Positions 26,232 through 35,836 of a stretch of 64,000 nucleotides of DNA are shown here, in pieces (position 1 is the first letter of the stretch; every line of letters begins with the position of its first letter). Below the pieces are notes generated by a model. It did not search any database and had not been told where the DNA came from. It saw only the letters and a program-made list of their open reading frames with translations. Location: contig DAIOHF010000014.1 in the NCBI GenBank assembly GCA_036744855.1, positions 45,287 to 109,286 of the forward strand, in the 5' to 3' direction. Position numbers and translations under genes: made by a program. The stretch is from Sedimentisphaerales bacterium. GTDB lineage: Bacteria; Planctomycetota; Phycisphaerae; Sedimentisphaerales; Anaerobacaceae.

Positions 26232-26297
26232 AATAGGTCCTATCGGTCTTATTCGTCCTATAGGACCGATGGGACCGATAGGACAAATAGGACGAAC
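26232..26297. repeat. 9-bp-periodic palindromic tract (TAGGTCCTA / TAGGACCGA units)
   Basis: AATAGGTCC TATCGGTCT TATTCGTCC TATAGGACC GATGGGACC GATAGGACA AATAGGACG read directly. The orientation flips at the centre. Confidence 0.75.
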
Positions 26298-26298
26298 G

Positions 26299-26601
26299 AT
26301 GGACACTCTCAAGCTCTTGCGCGACTACTTTCCGACCGCGGTCTACACGGGAAAATGCCTCGTGTTCATCAGCGAGGACTGGCGGGTCGAGCTGACCGAA
26401 CACAAGGACAGCGACTTCAGCAAAGTCGCGGCACACCCTTCGATCATCCGCGTGCGGATCTTCAAACGAGCGTTGAACGGGGAGTTCGCCGCCGGCTTCT
26501 ACGAGGATTTTCAGTTGCCCTCGCTGGGCGAACTGGCCGAGCAGATCGAGAAATACGTCCAGATGGCCATCGGCGCGAATCTCCGCGAGAACGTCGAGTG
26601 A
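26299..26601 (+). CDS. Hypothetical protein
   Basis: 100-aa ORF from the ATG at 26299, immediately after the periodic tract and 3 nt before the DUF167 gene. No recognised family. Confidence 0.45.
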   Translation: MDTLKLLRDYFPTAVYTGKCLVFISEDWRVELTEHKDSDFSKVAAHPSIIRVRIFKRALNGEFAAGFYEDFQLPSLGELAEQIEKYVQMAIGANLRENVE

Positions 26602-26604
26602 TCT

Positions 26605-26907
26605 ATGCCGAAACCCGCCATTCAGGAAGACGCCGGGGGCGTGGTCTTCACCGCCAAGATCGTACCGGGCAGCAGCCGAACGACCATCGCGGGCGTCCTG
26701 GACGACATGGTCAAGATCCGCGTGGCGGCCCCGCCGGAAAAGGGCAAGGCCAACCAGTGCCTGGTCGCCTATCTGGCCGGACAGCTCGGCGTCAAGAAGA
26801 GCCAGATCGACATCGTCGCGGGCCAAACGAACCCAATCAAACAGGTGCGAGTCGAGGGAATCTCCGCGGCGATGCTTCTTGAGAAGCTCGGCCTGAGCGA
26901 ACCATAG
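26605..26907 (+). CDS. DUF167 (YggU-family) protein
   Basis: KIVPGSSRTTIAG...VKIRVAAPPEKGKANQCLVAYLAGQLGVKKSQIDIVAGQTNPIK matches the YggU pattern. Confidence 0.8.
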   Translation: MPKPAIQEDAGGVVFTAKIVPGSSRTTIAGVLDDMVKIRVAAPPEKGKANQCLVAYLAGQLGVKKSQIDIVAGQTNPIKQVRVEGISAAMLLEKLGLSEP

Positions 26908-26928
26908 GTTGCTGGATAGCCCCCTTGT

Positions 26929-27759
26929 CTACTCCGACAGCTTCTTGAGACGGATGTCGCGAACCGCGCCGGTCGTGATCCAGGTAGCAATCCCCAGCGG
27001 CTGACAGAGATCGACCTCCGCACGAATCCCGATCTTGTGGTCGGTGGTGTCGAAGTTCACCAGCTCCTCGTCGTCGAGCCAGGCCAGAATGGTCTTGTCC
27101 TCCACGCGTAGTCGGACATGGTACCACTTGCCTCTCTCGAAACTCATGATGCGGGTGGTCTCGTTCTCGGAGGCGTCGAAGTAATCGATGGTCGAGAGGC
27201 CGCAGACGCTGCCGCCCCAGCCGCCGAGGACCAGAGTGCAGGGCTTGTCCCCAACTGGGAACGTCAGGCCGCAGAAGAAGTCATTGCCCTCGACCCGCAT
27301 CGCCTCCAGGCTGATCTCGTAATTCTCCCGAACGACCGGCCCGGTCCAGGTGATCCCGGTCATATAGCTGCCGATCTCCATATGGATCGCGCCGTCTTTG
27401 ACATGGACCTTCCCCTGTCCGCCAAAATCCGTCGGCTTCCAGAGCCCCAGATTCTCTCCGTCGAACAGGCTGATCTCTCGATTGGGGGCGACGGAAGACC
27501 CTGTCGCCGGCTTGGACTCCTGGACCGGTTCGGGCCGGACCGGCTCGACGGATTCGATTTTCGCACCCTGTTCACTCGAAGGCTGTGCAACAGGCCGAAC
27601 TTGGGCAGGCTCCTCGGCTGACGGTTGCGCCGTGGACCGGCACCCCCCCGCCAACACCCACCCCAACACGAGGAGAATGCTCAAGACCATCACGTTATGG
27701 GTCTGGCTGGACGATTTGACACATACCCCACGATTTTCCGCTGAACCGGCCGAACTCAT
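26929..27759 (-). CDS. Secreted DUF1080/LamG-like beta-sandwich protein
   Basis: GGAGGA RBS before the ATG at 27759. Hydrophobic anchor with Cys, a Pro/Glu-rich linker, then ISLFDGENLGLWKP...GAVRDIRLKKL, typical of DUF1080. The longer track ORF would overlap the divergent TPR gene. Confidence 0.65.
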   Translation of the reverse strand: MSSAGSAENRGVCVKSSSQTHNVMVLSILLVLGWVLAGGCRSTAQPSAEEPAQVRPVAQPSSEQGAKIESVEPVRPEPVQESKPATGSSVAPNREISLFDGENLGLWKPTDFGGQGKVHVKDGAIHMEIGSYMTGITWTGPVVRENYEISLEAMRVEGNDFFCGLTFPVGDKPCTLVLGGWGGSVCGLSTIDYFDASENETTRIMSFERGKWYHVRLRVEDKTILAWLDDEELVNFDTTDHKIGIRAEVDLCQPLGIATWITTGAVRDIRLKKLSE

Positions 27760-27936
27760 GGTGTCCTCCTGACAACTCGGGTTTTTGGTTGAATAAGGTA
27801 AACGCGCCGGTACAATTGCACAAGGGGAAACTGGAGGTCCCTTCCGCATGGCGGGCCATGACGTCTTCGCCTCAAGCAGGCTGAACCTCATGACGATAAC
27901 AGGCGTATAGCCAAGTACTTGTGATAAGAGGGCTAC

Positions 27937-29559
27937 ATGAAAAGAGTCCTTCTGAGCATAACGATTCTCCTGGTTCTCTCGCCTTTGACGGCTTCCGGGC
28001 AACGGGTCCGCCTGGCCAACGTCAGCAAGGCGGGTCTGAACGTCACCTCCCTGGAGCAGGTGCTCCGGCTCTCGGACGACCAGATCGATTTGGCCACCGC
28101 CACGCTGATCGCCTCGGAATACTGGAGCAAGGTGGTTGCCGGACGGCAGTATATCGAGCAGTTGGACGCCATGGCGACGGAGATCCTGGTCCGCCTGCGG
28201 CAGCAGCGGATACCGACGGACGTCCGGGCCATCCCGATCATCAATCAGTATCTCTTCGACGAACTGGGCTTCAAACCGGTCGCCCACGCGGACGATCCGA
28301 ACGATTTGTTCCTCCATTCCGTCCTGGACCGTCGGCAAGGCTACTGCCTGAGTCTTTCAGTGCTCTACCTCGCCGTCGCCGAGCGGGTGGGGGTGAGCCT
28401 CCACGGGGTCGTCGTCCCCGGCCATTTCTTCGTCCGCTACGACAACGGGCGAACCCGCTGCAACATCGAGACCACCAGCGGCGGGGCCAATCCTCCCGAC
28501 GACTACTACCGGACGAAATTCAACGTCCCCGAGAACAGCCGTGACACCATCTACATGAAGAACCTCAACAAGCGTCAGAGTCTCGGCTGCTTCTTCAACA
28601 ACCTCGGAAACGTCTACAACGAGATCGGAGACGTGGACACCGCCATGCTGGCCCTGGAGCGGGCCGTCACGATCAACCCGACTCTCTCGGAATCGCGGTC
28701 CAATCTGGGCAACATGTACCTGCAAAAGAACCGTCTCGGCGATGCGATCCAGCAGTATCGGTCCGCCCTGAACCTCAACCCCGGCGACTCCAAGACCCAC
28801 TACAATCTCGGCAACGCCTACATGGCCAGCGAAGAATTCAACGCCGCCGCGTCCTCCTATCGACAGGCCATCATGCTGGACCCGAACTGCGTCGACGCCT
28901 ACCGGAAGATCGCGGTGCTGCTGTGCAAGCAGGAACGATACAGTCAGGCCCTGGCGCAACTGAACGTGGCCCTGTCCCTGAACCGAGACAATCCGGATGT
29001 CTACGGCCAACTCGGCGACGTATACTACCGGATGCAGGATTACAGCAACGGGTTGGCGAGCTTTCGCAGAGCGGTGGATCTGAAGCCGGACTGGGCGGAA
29101 GCTCATTACGGCCTGGGCATCTGCCACGGCGCGCTGAACCAGACCGTCGATGAGATCCGCTCCTATCAGCAGGCGCTGGCGATCAATCCGACGCTGCTGG
29201 GGGCCCTCGTGGACCTGGGCGGCGCGTATTTCAACCAGGGGAATTACGACCTGGCGGTGCAGTACTATCGGCAGGCGGTGACGGCCAGTCCGGAAGACGC
29301 GAGAATCCTGTATAATCTGGGCTCGGCCTATCTGAAGAAGGATCAGTACGATCTGGCGGTCAAGGCCTACCTCCAGGTGGTCCGGATCGATCCCAAGACC
29401 CCCGACGCGCACCAGGGCCTGGCCTACGGATTCTACATGCTGGGCAAGTACCCCGAAGCTTTGCGACACGCCAACACCGCCAAGCGGCTTGGGGCCCAAG
29501 TCCCTGAGGATCTGGTCAAAGCGATCGAGAGCCGCCTCGCGCTGCCGGCCAGGGGCTAA
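27937..29559 (+). CDS. Transglutaminase-like (SirB1-type) N-domain fused to TPR repeats
   Basis: Signal peptide. RRQGYCLSLSVLYLAVAERVGVSLHGVVVPGHFFVRY block. More than 8 TPR units (YNLGNAY, AHYGLGICH and others). Confidence 0.75.
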   Translation: MKRVLLSITILLVLSPLTASGQRVRLANVSKAGLNVTSLEQVLRLSDDQIDLATATLIASEYWSKVVAGRQYIEQLDAMATEILVRLRQQRIPTDVRAIPIINQYLFDELGFKPVAHADDPNDLFLHSVLDRRQGYCLSLSVLYLAVAERVGVSLHGVVVPGHFFVRYDNGRTRCNIETTSGGANPPDDYYRTKFNVPENSRDTIYMKNLNKRQSLGCFFNNLGNVYNEIGDVDTAMLALERAVTINPTLSESRSNLGNMYLQKNRLGDAIQQYRSALNLNPGDSKTHYNLGNAYMASEEFNAAASSYRQAIMLDPNCVDAYRKIAVLLCKQERYSQALAQLNVALSLNRDNPDVYGQLGDVYYRMQDYSNGLASFRRAVDLKPDWAEAHYGLGICHGALNQTVDEIRSYQQALAINPTLLGALVDLGGAYFNQGNYDLAVQYYRQAVTASPEDARILYNLGSAYLKKDQYDLAVKAYLQVVRIDPKTPDAHQGLAYGFYMLGKYPEALRHANTAKRLGAQVPEDLVKAIESRLALPARG

Positions 29560-29579
29560 GAAGAAGTTCCGCCGGCCTC

Positions 29580-29608
29580 TTGACAGAATGGCGGCCCGCC
29601 GGTAGAAT
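29580..29608 (+). promoter_or_regulatory. Sigma-70-like promoter upstream of coaE
   Basis: TTGACA, 17-nt spacer, TAGAAT, located 39 nt upstream of the GTG at 29647. Confidence 0.55.
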
Positions 29609-29646
29609 AGCGGCAAAGTGGGAGTCGGCAGCAGAGCTGCCTGAAC

Positions 29647-30264
29647 GTGGGCAATTCCAGAAAAAAGCCAATTATCGGAATCCTCGGCGGCATTGGCTCA
29701 GGCAAAAGCACTGTGGCCGCGGAGTTCGAAAAACTGGGCTGCGCGGTCATCTGCGCCGACGCCATCGCTCACGATCTGTTGACAGAGGATTCCGTTCGCG
29801 ATCGGGTGTGTGAGCTCTTCGGACGAGAGACTCTGCAGCCTGACGGCCGGATCGACCGCGGAAAACTGGCGGCAGTGGTCTTCGCGGACTCGAAGAAGCT
29901 GGCCGCCTTGAATGAGGTGATCCATCCTCGCGTGTTCGAGCGAACCGAGAAATTGATCGTCCAGTATGAGCAATGCGCGCACGTCAAAGCGATCGTACTG
30001 GACATGCCCCTGCTGATGGAAGTGGGATGGGCGGATCGGTGCGATCGGTTGATCTTCGTCAAGTGCGATCGCAAACAGCGTGCCGACCGGGCGAAACACA
30101 GGGGTCTCATCGACGAACGCGAAATTGAAATTCGTGAAAATTTTCAGATTTCTCTGGACAAGAAGGCAGAGCTGGCCGATAATACCATAGACAACAATTC
30201 TGACTTCTTGACACTGGTCAGGCAAATCCAAGATATCTTCTCTGACATAGCTGAAAGCAGTTAG
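29647..30264 (+). CDS. coaE: Dephospho-CoA kinase
   Basis: IIGILGGIGSGKSTVA P-loop, ICADAIAHDLL, IHPRV and VLDMPLL motifs. Confidence 0.9.
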   Translation: MGNSRKKPIIGILGGIGSGKSTVAAEFEKLGCAVICADAIAHDLLTEDSVRDRVCELFGRETLQPDGRIDRGKLAAVVFADSKKLAALNEVIHPRVFERTEKLIVQYEQCAHVKAIVLDMPLLMEVGWADRCDRLIFVKCDRKQRADRAKHRGLIDEREIEIRENFQISLDKKAELADNTIDNNSDFLTLVRQIQDIFSDIAESS

Positions 30265-30481
30265 TGTGTTTCGTTCGGAAGCAGCGCCGCCGACCGCATC
30301 TTTGACAGGCCGTATTCGTCTTGGTTTTGCGTGAGGCGACACCCCCTCGGAACCACTCGAGAGAAGAGGGTTCACGTCGGCGACAGGCGTGTTGCCTGCA
30401 TCTGTTGCGGAGGCAGGTGCGTATCTGCACAAACCGGGGCAAGGGTGAGGTAGTGTTTCGTATCTTGCAAAAGGAGTAGTT

Positions 30482-31996
30482 ATGGCCAAGGCCAAGACAA
30501 CGAGAAGAAAAGGCGGGAAGAGGAAAGCTTCCGCGGAAGAAGTGGCGGAAGAACAGCGCGAGCAGCCTCGCGAGACGGAGCTGCAAGCCTCCCCCGTTGC
30601 CGCCCTGGATGAAGAAGCAGGCGAGAGTCGTTCGGCCGACGAGGAGTTTCAGACCGACGGTCTTGAAGTCACCGACGGCGTCGAGACCGGGGATGAGGAA
30701 TCGACGCACGCCAAGTACGAGCGAATCAAGAAGGGCAACCTGTACCTCACGGACCTGCAGCGGCTCACCGTCGGCGACCTGCACGAGATGGCCAAGAAGG
30801 AGGGCATCACCGAGTACAGCGCCCTGAAGAAGCAGGACCTGATCTTCCGCATCCTCAAGGAGCGCATCCGACAGAGCGGTCTGATGTACGGCGAGGGCGT
30901 CCTGGAGGTCCTCCCCGACGGCTACGGCTTCCTCCGAAATCCGACGTACAATTATTTGTCGTCCTCCGACGACATTTACGTGTCGCCGTCCCAGATCCGT
31001 CGTTTCGGCCTGCGGACCGGCAACATCGTTTCCGGACAAATCAGGCCCCCAAAGGATTCGGAAAAGTACTTCGCCCTGCTGCGCGTCGAGGCGATCAACT
31101 TCGAGAACCCCGACCTGCTGGCGGACAAGATCGTCTTCAGCGATCTGACTCCGCTGCATCCCGAGCAGCGGCTCATCCTCGAAACCGGTCATGACGAGCT
31201 GAACATGCGGATCATCGACCTGGTCACCCCGGTCGGCAAGGGCCAGCGAGGCCTGATCGTCGCTCCGCCGCGAACCGGCAAGACGATCCTGCTCCAGAAG
31301 ATGGCCAACGCCATCAGCACCAATCATCCGGAAGTGAAGCTGATCGTGCTGCTGATCGACGAGCGGCCCGAGGAAGTGACGGAAATGGAGCGCAAGACCG
31401 CCGATTCCGTCGAGGTCATCAGCTCGACGTTCGACGAGCCCGCCGCCCGTCACTGCCAGGTGGCCGAGATCGTCATCGAGAAGGCCAAACGCATGGTCGA
31501 ATACGGCCAGGACGTCGTCATCCTGCTGGACTCCATCACGCGTCTGGCGCGAGCCTACAACAACGAGACGCCCCACTCCGGCCGTATCCTCACCGGCGGC
31601 GTCGACGCCGGCGCGATGCAGATGCCCAAGAAGTTCTTCGGCGCCGCCCGAAAGGTCGAAGAAGGCGGCTCGCTGAGCATCTTCGCCACCGCCCTGATCG
31701 ACACCGGGTCCAAGATGGACGAAGTGATTTTCGAGGAGTTCAAGGCGACCGGCAACATGGAGCTGCACCTGGATCGTCGGCTCGTGGATCGGCGCGTCTG
31801 GCCGGCCATCGAGATCACCCGCAGCGGAACCCGACGCGAGGAACTGCTGCTGGATCCCAAGGAACTCGAACTGGTGTACCGCCTGCGGCGCGTGCTGAGC
31901 GACCTGAACCCGGTCGAGGCCGTCGAGCTGCTCAAGAGCCGTCTGGCCAAGACGCGAAGCAACGCCGAGTTCCTGATGACCATGAACCTCGACTGA
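30482..31996 (+). CDS. rho: Transcription termination factor Rho (with acidic/basic N-terminal extension)
   Basis: AAGGAG RBS. GYGFLR RNA-binding motif. [26 protein letters not shown] Walker [27 protein letters not shown]-type block. Confidence 0.95.
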   Translation: MAKAKTTRRKGGKRKASAEEVAEEQREQPRETELQASPVAALDEEAGESRSADEEFQTDGLEVTDGVETGDEESTHAKYERIKKGNLYLTDLQRLTVGDLHEMAKKEGITEYSALKKQDLIFRILKERIRQSGLMYGEGVLEVLPDGYGFLRNPTYNYLSSSDDIYVSPSQIRRFGLRTGNIVSGQIRPPKDSEKYFALLRVEAINFENPDLLADKIVFSDLTPLHPEQRLILETGHDELNMRIIDLVTPVGKGQRGLIVAPPRTGKTILLQKMANAISTNHPEVKLIVLLIDERPEEVTEMERKTADSVEVISSTFDEPAARHCQVAEIVIEKAKRMVEYGQDVVILLDSITRLARAYNNETPHSGRILTGGVDAGAMQMPKKFFGAARKVEEGGSLSIFATALIDTGSKMDEVIFEEFKATGNMELHLDRRLVDRRVWPAIEITRSGTRREELLLDPKELELVYRLRRVLSDLNPVEAVELLKSRLAKTRSNAEFLMTMNLD

Positions 31997-32110
31997 GGTT
32001 CGCGGCCCGTCGCCGGCGAGATGACACAGGCGATCTGTGAAATGTCTCGACGCGGCGAGGCGATAAAATCGAGCCCTTTACAGGGCGTCCCTGTGGGATT
32101 AACATGACTT

Positions 32111-32142
32111 CCGGCAGACATCGTGTCTGCCGGAATTTTTTT
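32111..32142 (+). terminator. Intrinsic terminator / leader hairpin between rho and valS
   Basis: CCGGCAGACA-TCG-TGTCTGCCGG, then AA and TTTTTTT. It ends 27 nt before the valS ATG. Confidence 0.65.
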
Positions 32143-32168
32143 AGGCTGTCTTTACGTTTGGATGGGTC

Positions 32169-35100
32169 ATGGCTGAGTTGTCGAAGGTGTACGATCCGAA
32201 GGCCGTCGAGGAGCAGATCAACAAGCTCTGGCAGTCGGGGTCCTATTTCCATGCCGAGCCGTCGCGCGACGGGAACAAACGCCCCCCGTTCACGATCGTG
32301 ATCCCCCCGCCGAACGTCACCGCGGCCCTGCACCTGGGACATGCCCTCAACAACACGCTCCAGGACGTCCTGATCCGGTTCCGCAGGATGCAGCAGCGCG
32401 AGACGCTCTGGATGCCCGGCACGGACCACGCCGGCATCGCGACGCAGACGGTCGTCGAGAAGCGAATCCTTTCGGAGGAAGGCAAGCGGCGCACCGACTT
32501 CGCGCGGGAGGAGTTCGTCAAACGCATCCAGGCATGGAAGGACGAATACGAAGCGACGATCCTCGGCCAGCTCAAGGCGATGGGTTGCTCGTGCGACTGG
32601 CAGCGGACCCGCTTCACGATGGACGAGGTCTGCGCCAAGGCGGTCCGCGCAACGTTCTTCAAGCTCTTCCAGGACGGCCTGATCTATCGCGGCAAACGCC
32701 TCGTGAACTGGGACCCGGCCACCCAGACGGTCCTTGCCGACGACGAAGTCGAGCACGAGACGGTCCAAGGCCACTTTTGGTACCTGAAATACCCGCTCGT
32801 TGAGCCGGTCGAGGTGCCGCGTGATGCGGGCATCCTGCCCGCACGTGTCGCGGACGTCCCGTCCGCGAGTGCCGAGGGCGTCCCGCCCTCGGAAATTGGG
32901 CGAGAGCCAACCATCGAGAAGCGAATGGGCCGCTACCTGCCTCACTGGTCCAAGGATGATGCTGTGTACGCCGTCACTTTCCGTCTCGCGGACGCGGTCC
33001 CAGATGACATCTCCGAGGACTGGCGTCTTCAGCGACAGAATATCGTGCAACGTGCCCAGCAACAGGAACATCCACTCAGCTATGACGAACGGGTCGAGCT
33101 GCAAAGACTCCACTCGGCGAAGATCGAAGCCTTCCTCGATGCAGGGCATGGCGATTGTCTTCTCCGAGACCCGCAGGTCGCCCGAATTGTGCAGAATGCA
33201 GTGCGGCACTTCGACCATGAACGGTATGAGATCGTCGCCTGGGCGATCATGCCCAATCATGTGCATGTGGTCGTCAGACCCTTCGCCGGACAGGAGCTAT
33301 CCAAGATCGTTCAGTCCTGGAAGTCTTTTGCAGCCAAGGAAATCAACCGATTGCTCAACCGCCAGGGTTCCCTCTGGATGGATGAGTATTATGACCATCT
33401 GATTCGTGATGAAAAGGACCTCGGGAACCAGGTCAGCTACACGCTCGCAAACCCTGAGAAGGCCGGTTTGCAGAATTGGCCGTGGTATGGCACTATACAC
33501 GGTGAAGAACGAGGGCAGGATGCCCTCGACACGCAAGGGCGGGACGCCCTCGCCACGATGACCTACGTCACCGTCGCCACGACCCGGCCGGAGACGATGC
33601 TGGGCGATACCGCTGTCGCCATGAACCCGGCCGATCCGAGAGCGAAGTCCCTCGTCGGCAAAATGGTCCGCCTGCCCATCGTCGGGCGCGTCATCCCGAT
33701 CATCGCCGACGAGCACGTCGTGCTGCCGAACCCCGAGAGCGAGGACGAGAAGGCCAGGTTCTCCACGGGCTTCTTGAAGGTCACGCCCGCCCACGACCCG
33801 GACGACTGGGCCATCGGGCAAAGGCACAATCTGTCGGTGATCAACGTGATGGCGCCGGACGGCTCGATCAGCGACAAGCACGGCTGGCAGGACGCGACCG
33901 AGCCCGAAGCCCGCAACCTGCTCGGCATGGACCGCTTCGAAGCCCGCGAGGCCATCGTCGAATGGTTCCGCCAGGAAAACCTGCTGGAGGAGATTCGCGA
34001 CTACACCCACGAAGTCGGCCACAGCTACCGCAGCCACGTCCCGATCGAGCCCTACCTGTCCGATCAGTGGTACGTCGCGGTCAAGCAGCCGATCCCGCAC
34101 TTGGCTGAGAAATTCGGTAGCGGCACGATCGAAGGAACCGATGTCCCCGTAAACTCGCTCGCAGGTCTGGCGCTCAAGCCCCTACTCGACAGCCGCCTGC
34201 GGTTCATCCCCGAACGATACGCCAAGACCTATCAGACTTGGCTGGAGAACCTGCGGGACTGGCCGATCAGCCGCCAGCTCTGGTGGGGACACCGCATTCC
34301 GGTGTGGTCCAAGCCCGGCCAGCAGAATGGAACTGCCCTGCCCGCCGGCGTCCATTCCGTCCAAGCGGACACCGACGAAGGTCCGATCGTCTTCGCCTGC
34401 GTCGCTCCTGGTCACGAGGACGTGGAGAAGAAACTCGAATCGCAGGGATGGAAGCGCGACTCCGACGTTCTCGACACGTGGTTCTCGTCGGCCCTCTGGC
34501 CGTTCAGTACGCTGGGCTGGCCGCAGGAGTCACCGACGCTGGAGACCTTCTACCCGGGCGACGTGCTGTGCACCGCCCGCGAGATCATCACGCTGTGGGT
34601 CTCCCGCATGGTGATGATGGGCCAGTACTGCGCGGGCGACATCCCGTTCCGCGATGTGTACATTCACGCGATGATCCAGGACGGCGAAGGCCGTAAGATG
34701 TCCAAGAGTCTGGGCAACGGCATCGATCCGCTCGTCGTGATCGACAGCCACGGCGCCGACGCGATGCGGTTCACCCTGGCGACCATGACGACGGACACGC
34801 AGGACATCCGCATGCCGGTGGCGTCCATGACGCTGCCGGATGGGCGGACCGTGAACACCTCGCCCAAGTTCGACGTCGGCCGCAATTTCTGCAACAAGCT
34901 GTGGAACGCATCGCGGTTCGCGATGATGAATCTCGAAGGGACGGATCCCGCGGGCTTCGACGCGAGCCGACTGGATGTCACCGACCGCTGGATCCTGTCC
35001 CGCCTGGCGACGACCCGCCACGAGGTGACCGCGGCCGTCGAGTCGTTCAAGTTCAGCGAGCCGGTGAACCTCTTGTACCGCTTCTTCTGGAACGACCTGT

Positions 35101-35831
35101 GCGACTGGTATCTCGAATGGGCCAAGTACCGTGTGCGGGACGAGGCCGCCAAGGGAGTGGCCCAGAATGTCCTGGCCTTCGTGCTCGACCAGACCCTGCG
35201 TCTGCTGCACCCGTTCATTCCGTTCATCACCGAGGGCATCTACCAGAACCTCAAGGAACTGGCGCCCGTTCGGGAACTGCGTGGCGTCGCCTCCGGCGAC
35301 AACCCGGACGCTCTCGCTGTCGCGCCGTGGCCGCAGAGCCTGGAATCGCTGAAGGACGCCGTGGCCGAGGCGGAGATCCAGGTCGTCCAGGACGTCGTGC
35401 GGGCGATCCGCGACCTGCGAAGCAAATACAACATCCCGCCCAGCGCGAGACTCAAGGCTTCCGCCGCAGCGCCGCAAGTGATCTCCGACGTGCTCGAAAC
35501 CGGGGGCGATCTGGTCTGCCAACTGGCGGGACTCGAATCGTTCCAGGCCGCAGAGGGGCTCGCCAAGCCGAACAACGCCGCGACGGCCATAGTAGAAGAC
35601 ACGCACGTGTACGTGCATGACGTGATCGACCCCGAGGCCGAACGCGCTCGACTGACGAAACAGAAGCAGGAAATCGAACAGGCGAAAAAGGGCGTCGAAG
35701 GCAAGCTGGCCAACGAGAACTTCGTCGCCAGGGCCAAGCCCGAAGTGGTCGCCCAGGCCCGGGAGAAGCTCCAGCAGCTCCAGGACCAGTTGCAGGCGGT
35801 CGAGAAGCACCTGGCCGAACTTGGCGGATAG
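32169..35831 (+). CDS. valS: Valine--tRNA ligase interrupted in frame by a RAYT/REP module (1220 aa)
   Basis: PPPNVTAALHLGHA (HIGH), ATTRPETMLGDTAVA and KMSKSLGN motifs, plus a C-terminal coiled coil. About 240 extra residues lie between YPL and YVTVATTRPE. Confidence 0.9.
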   Translation: MAELSKVYDPKAVEEQINKLWQSGSYFHAEPSRDGNKRPPFTIVIPPPNVTAALHLGHALNNTLQDVLIRFRRMQQRETLWMPGTDHAGIATQTVVEKRILSEEGKRRTDFAREEFVKRIQAWKDEYEATILGQLKAMGCSCDWQRTRFTMDEVCAKAVRATFFKLFQDGLIYRGKRLVNWDPATQTVLADDEVEHETVQGHFWYLKYPLVEPVEVPRDAGILPARVADVPSASAEGVPPSEIGREPTIEKRMGRYLPHWSKDDAVYAVTFRLADAVPDDISEDWRLQRQNIVQRAQQQEHPLSYDERVELQRLHSAKIEAFLDAGHGDCLLRDPQVARIVQNAVRHFDHERYEIVAWAIMPNHVHVVVRPFAGQELSKIVQSWKSFAAKEINRLLNRQGSLWMDEYYDHLIRDEKDLGNQVSYTLANPEKAGLQNWPWYGTIHGEERGQDALDTQGRDALATMTYVTVATTRPETMLGDTAVAMNPADPRAKSLVGKMVRLPIVGRVIPIIADEHVVLPNPESEDEKARFSTGFLKVTPAHDPDDWAIGQRHNLSVINVMAPDGSISDKHGWQDATEPEARNLLGMDRFEAREAIVEWFRQENLLEEIRDYTHEVGHSYRSHVPIEPYLSDQWYVAVKQPIPHLAEKFGSGTIEGTDVPVNSLAGLALKPLLDSRLRFIPERYAKTYQTWLENLRDWPISRQLWWGHRIPVWSKPGQQNGTALPAGVHSVQADTDEGPIVFACVAPGHEDVEKKLESQGWKRDSDVLDTWFSSALWPFSTLGWPQESPTLETFYPGDVLCTAREIITLWVSRMVMMGQYCAGDIPFRDVYIHAMIQDGEGRKMSKSLGNGIDPLVVIDSHGADAMRFTLATMTTDTQDIRMPVASMTLPDGRTVNTSPKFDVGRNFCNKLWNASRFAMMNLEGTDPAGFDASRLDVTDRWILSRLATTRHEVTAAVESFKFSEPVNLLYRFFWNDLCDWYLEWAKYRVRDEAAKGVAQNVLAFVLDQTLRLLHPFIPFITEGIYQNLKELAPVRELRGVASGDNPDALAVAPWPQSLESLKDAVAEAEIQVVQDVVRAIRDLRSKYNIPPSARLKASAAAPQVISDVLETGGDLVCQLAGLESFQAAEGLAKPNNAATAIVEDTHVYVHDVIDPEAERARLTKQKQEIEQAKKGVEGKLANENFVARAKPEVVAQAREKLQQLQDQLQAVEKHLAELGG
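32826..33551 (+). mobile_element. REP-RAYT-REP module (REPtron-like, IS200/Y1 HUH transposase) in frame within valS
   Basis: Internal ATG at 32925 (MGRYLPHW). HUH motif MPNHVHVVV (33258-33266). Tyr motif SYTLANPEKAGL (33438). Three hairpins at 32826-32890 and two at 33511-33551, in opposed orientation. Confidence 0.7.
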
Positions 35832-35836
35832 AGGAT

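Noticed and set aside
26232-26297. The short periodic tract could be a CRISPR array.
   Set aside because: The period is only 9 bp with no spacers, the total length is 66 bp, the orientation flips at the centre, and no cas genes are present in the window.
32800-33560. The valS insert could be an intein.
   Set aside because: The insert does not begin with Cys/Ser. There is no His-Asn immediately before a Cys/Ser/Thr at the downstream junction (the junction reads ...DALATM|TYVTV). No Hint or homing-endonuclease blocks are visible. Instead it carries HUH and Tyr transposase motifs plus flanking REP hairpins.
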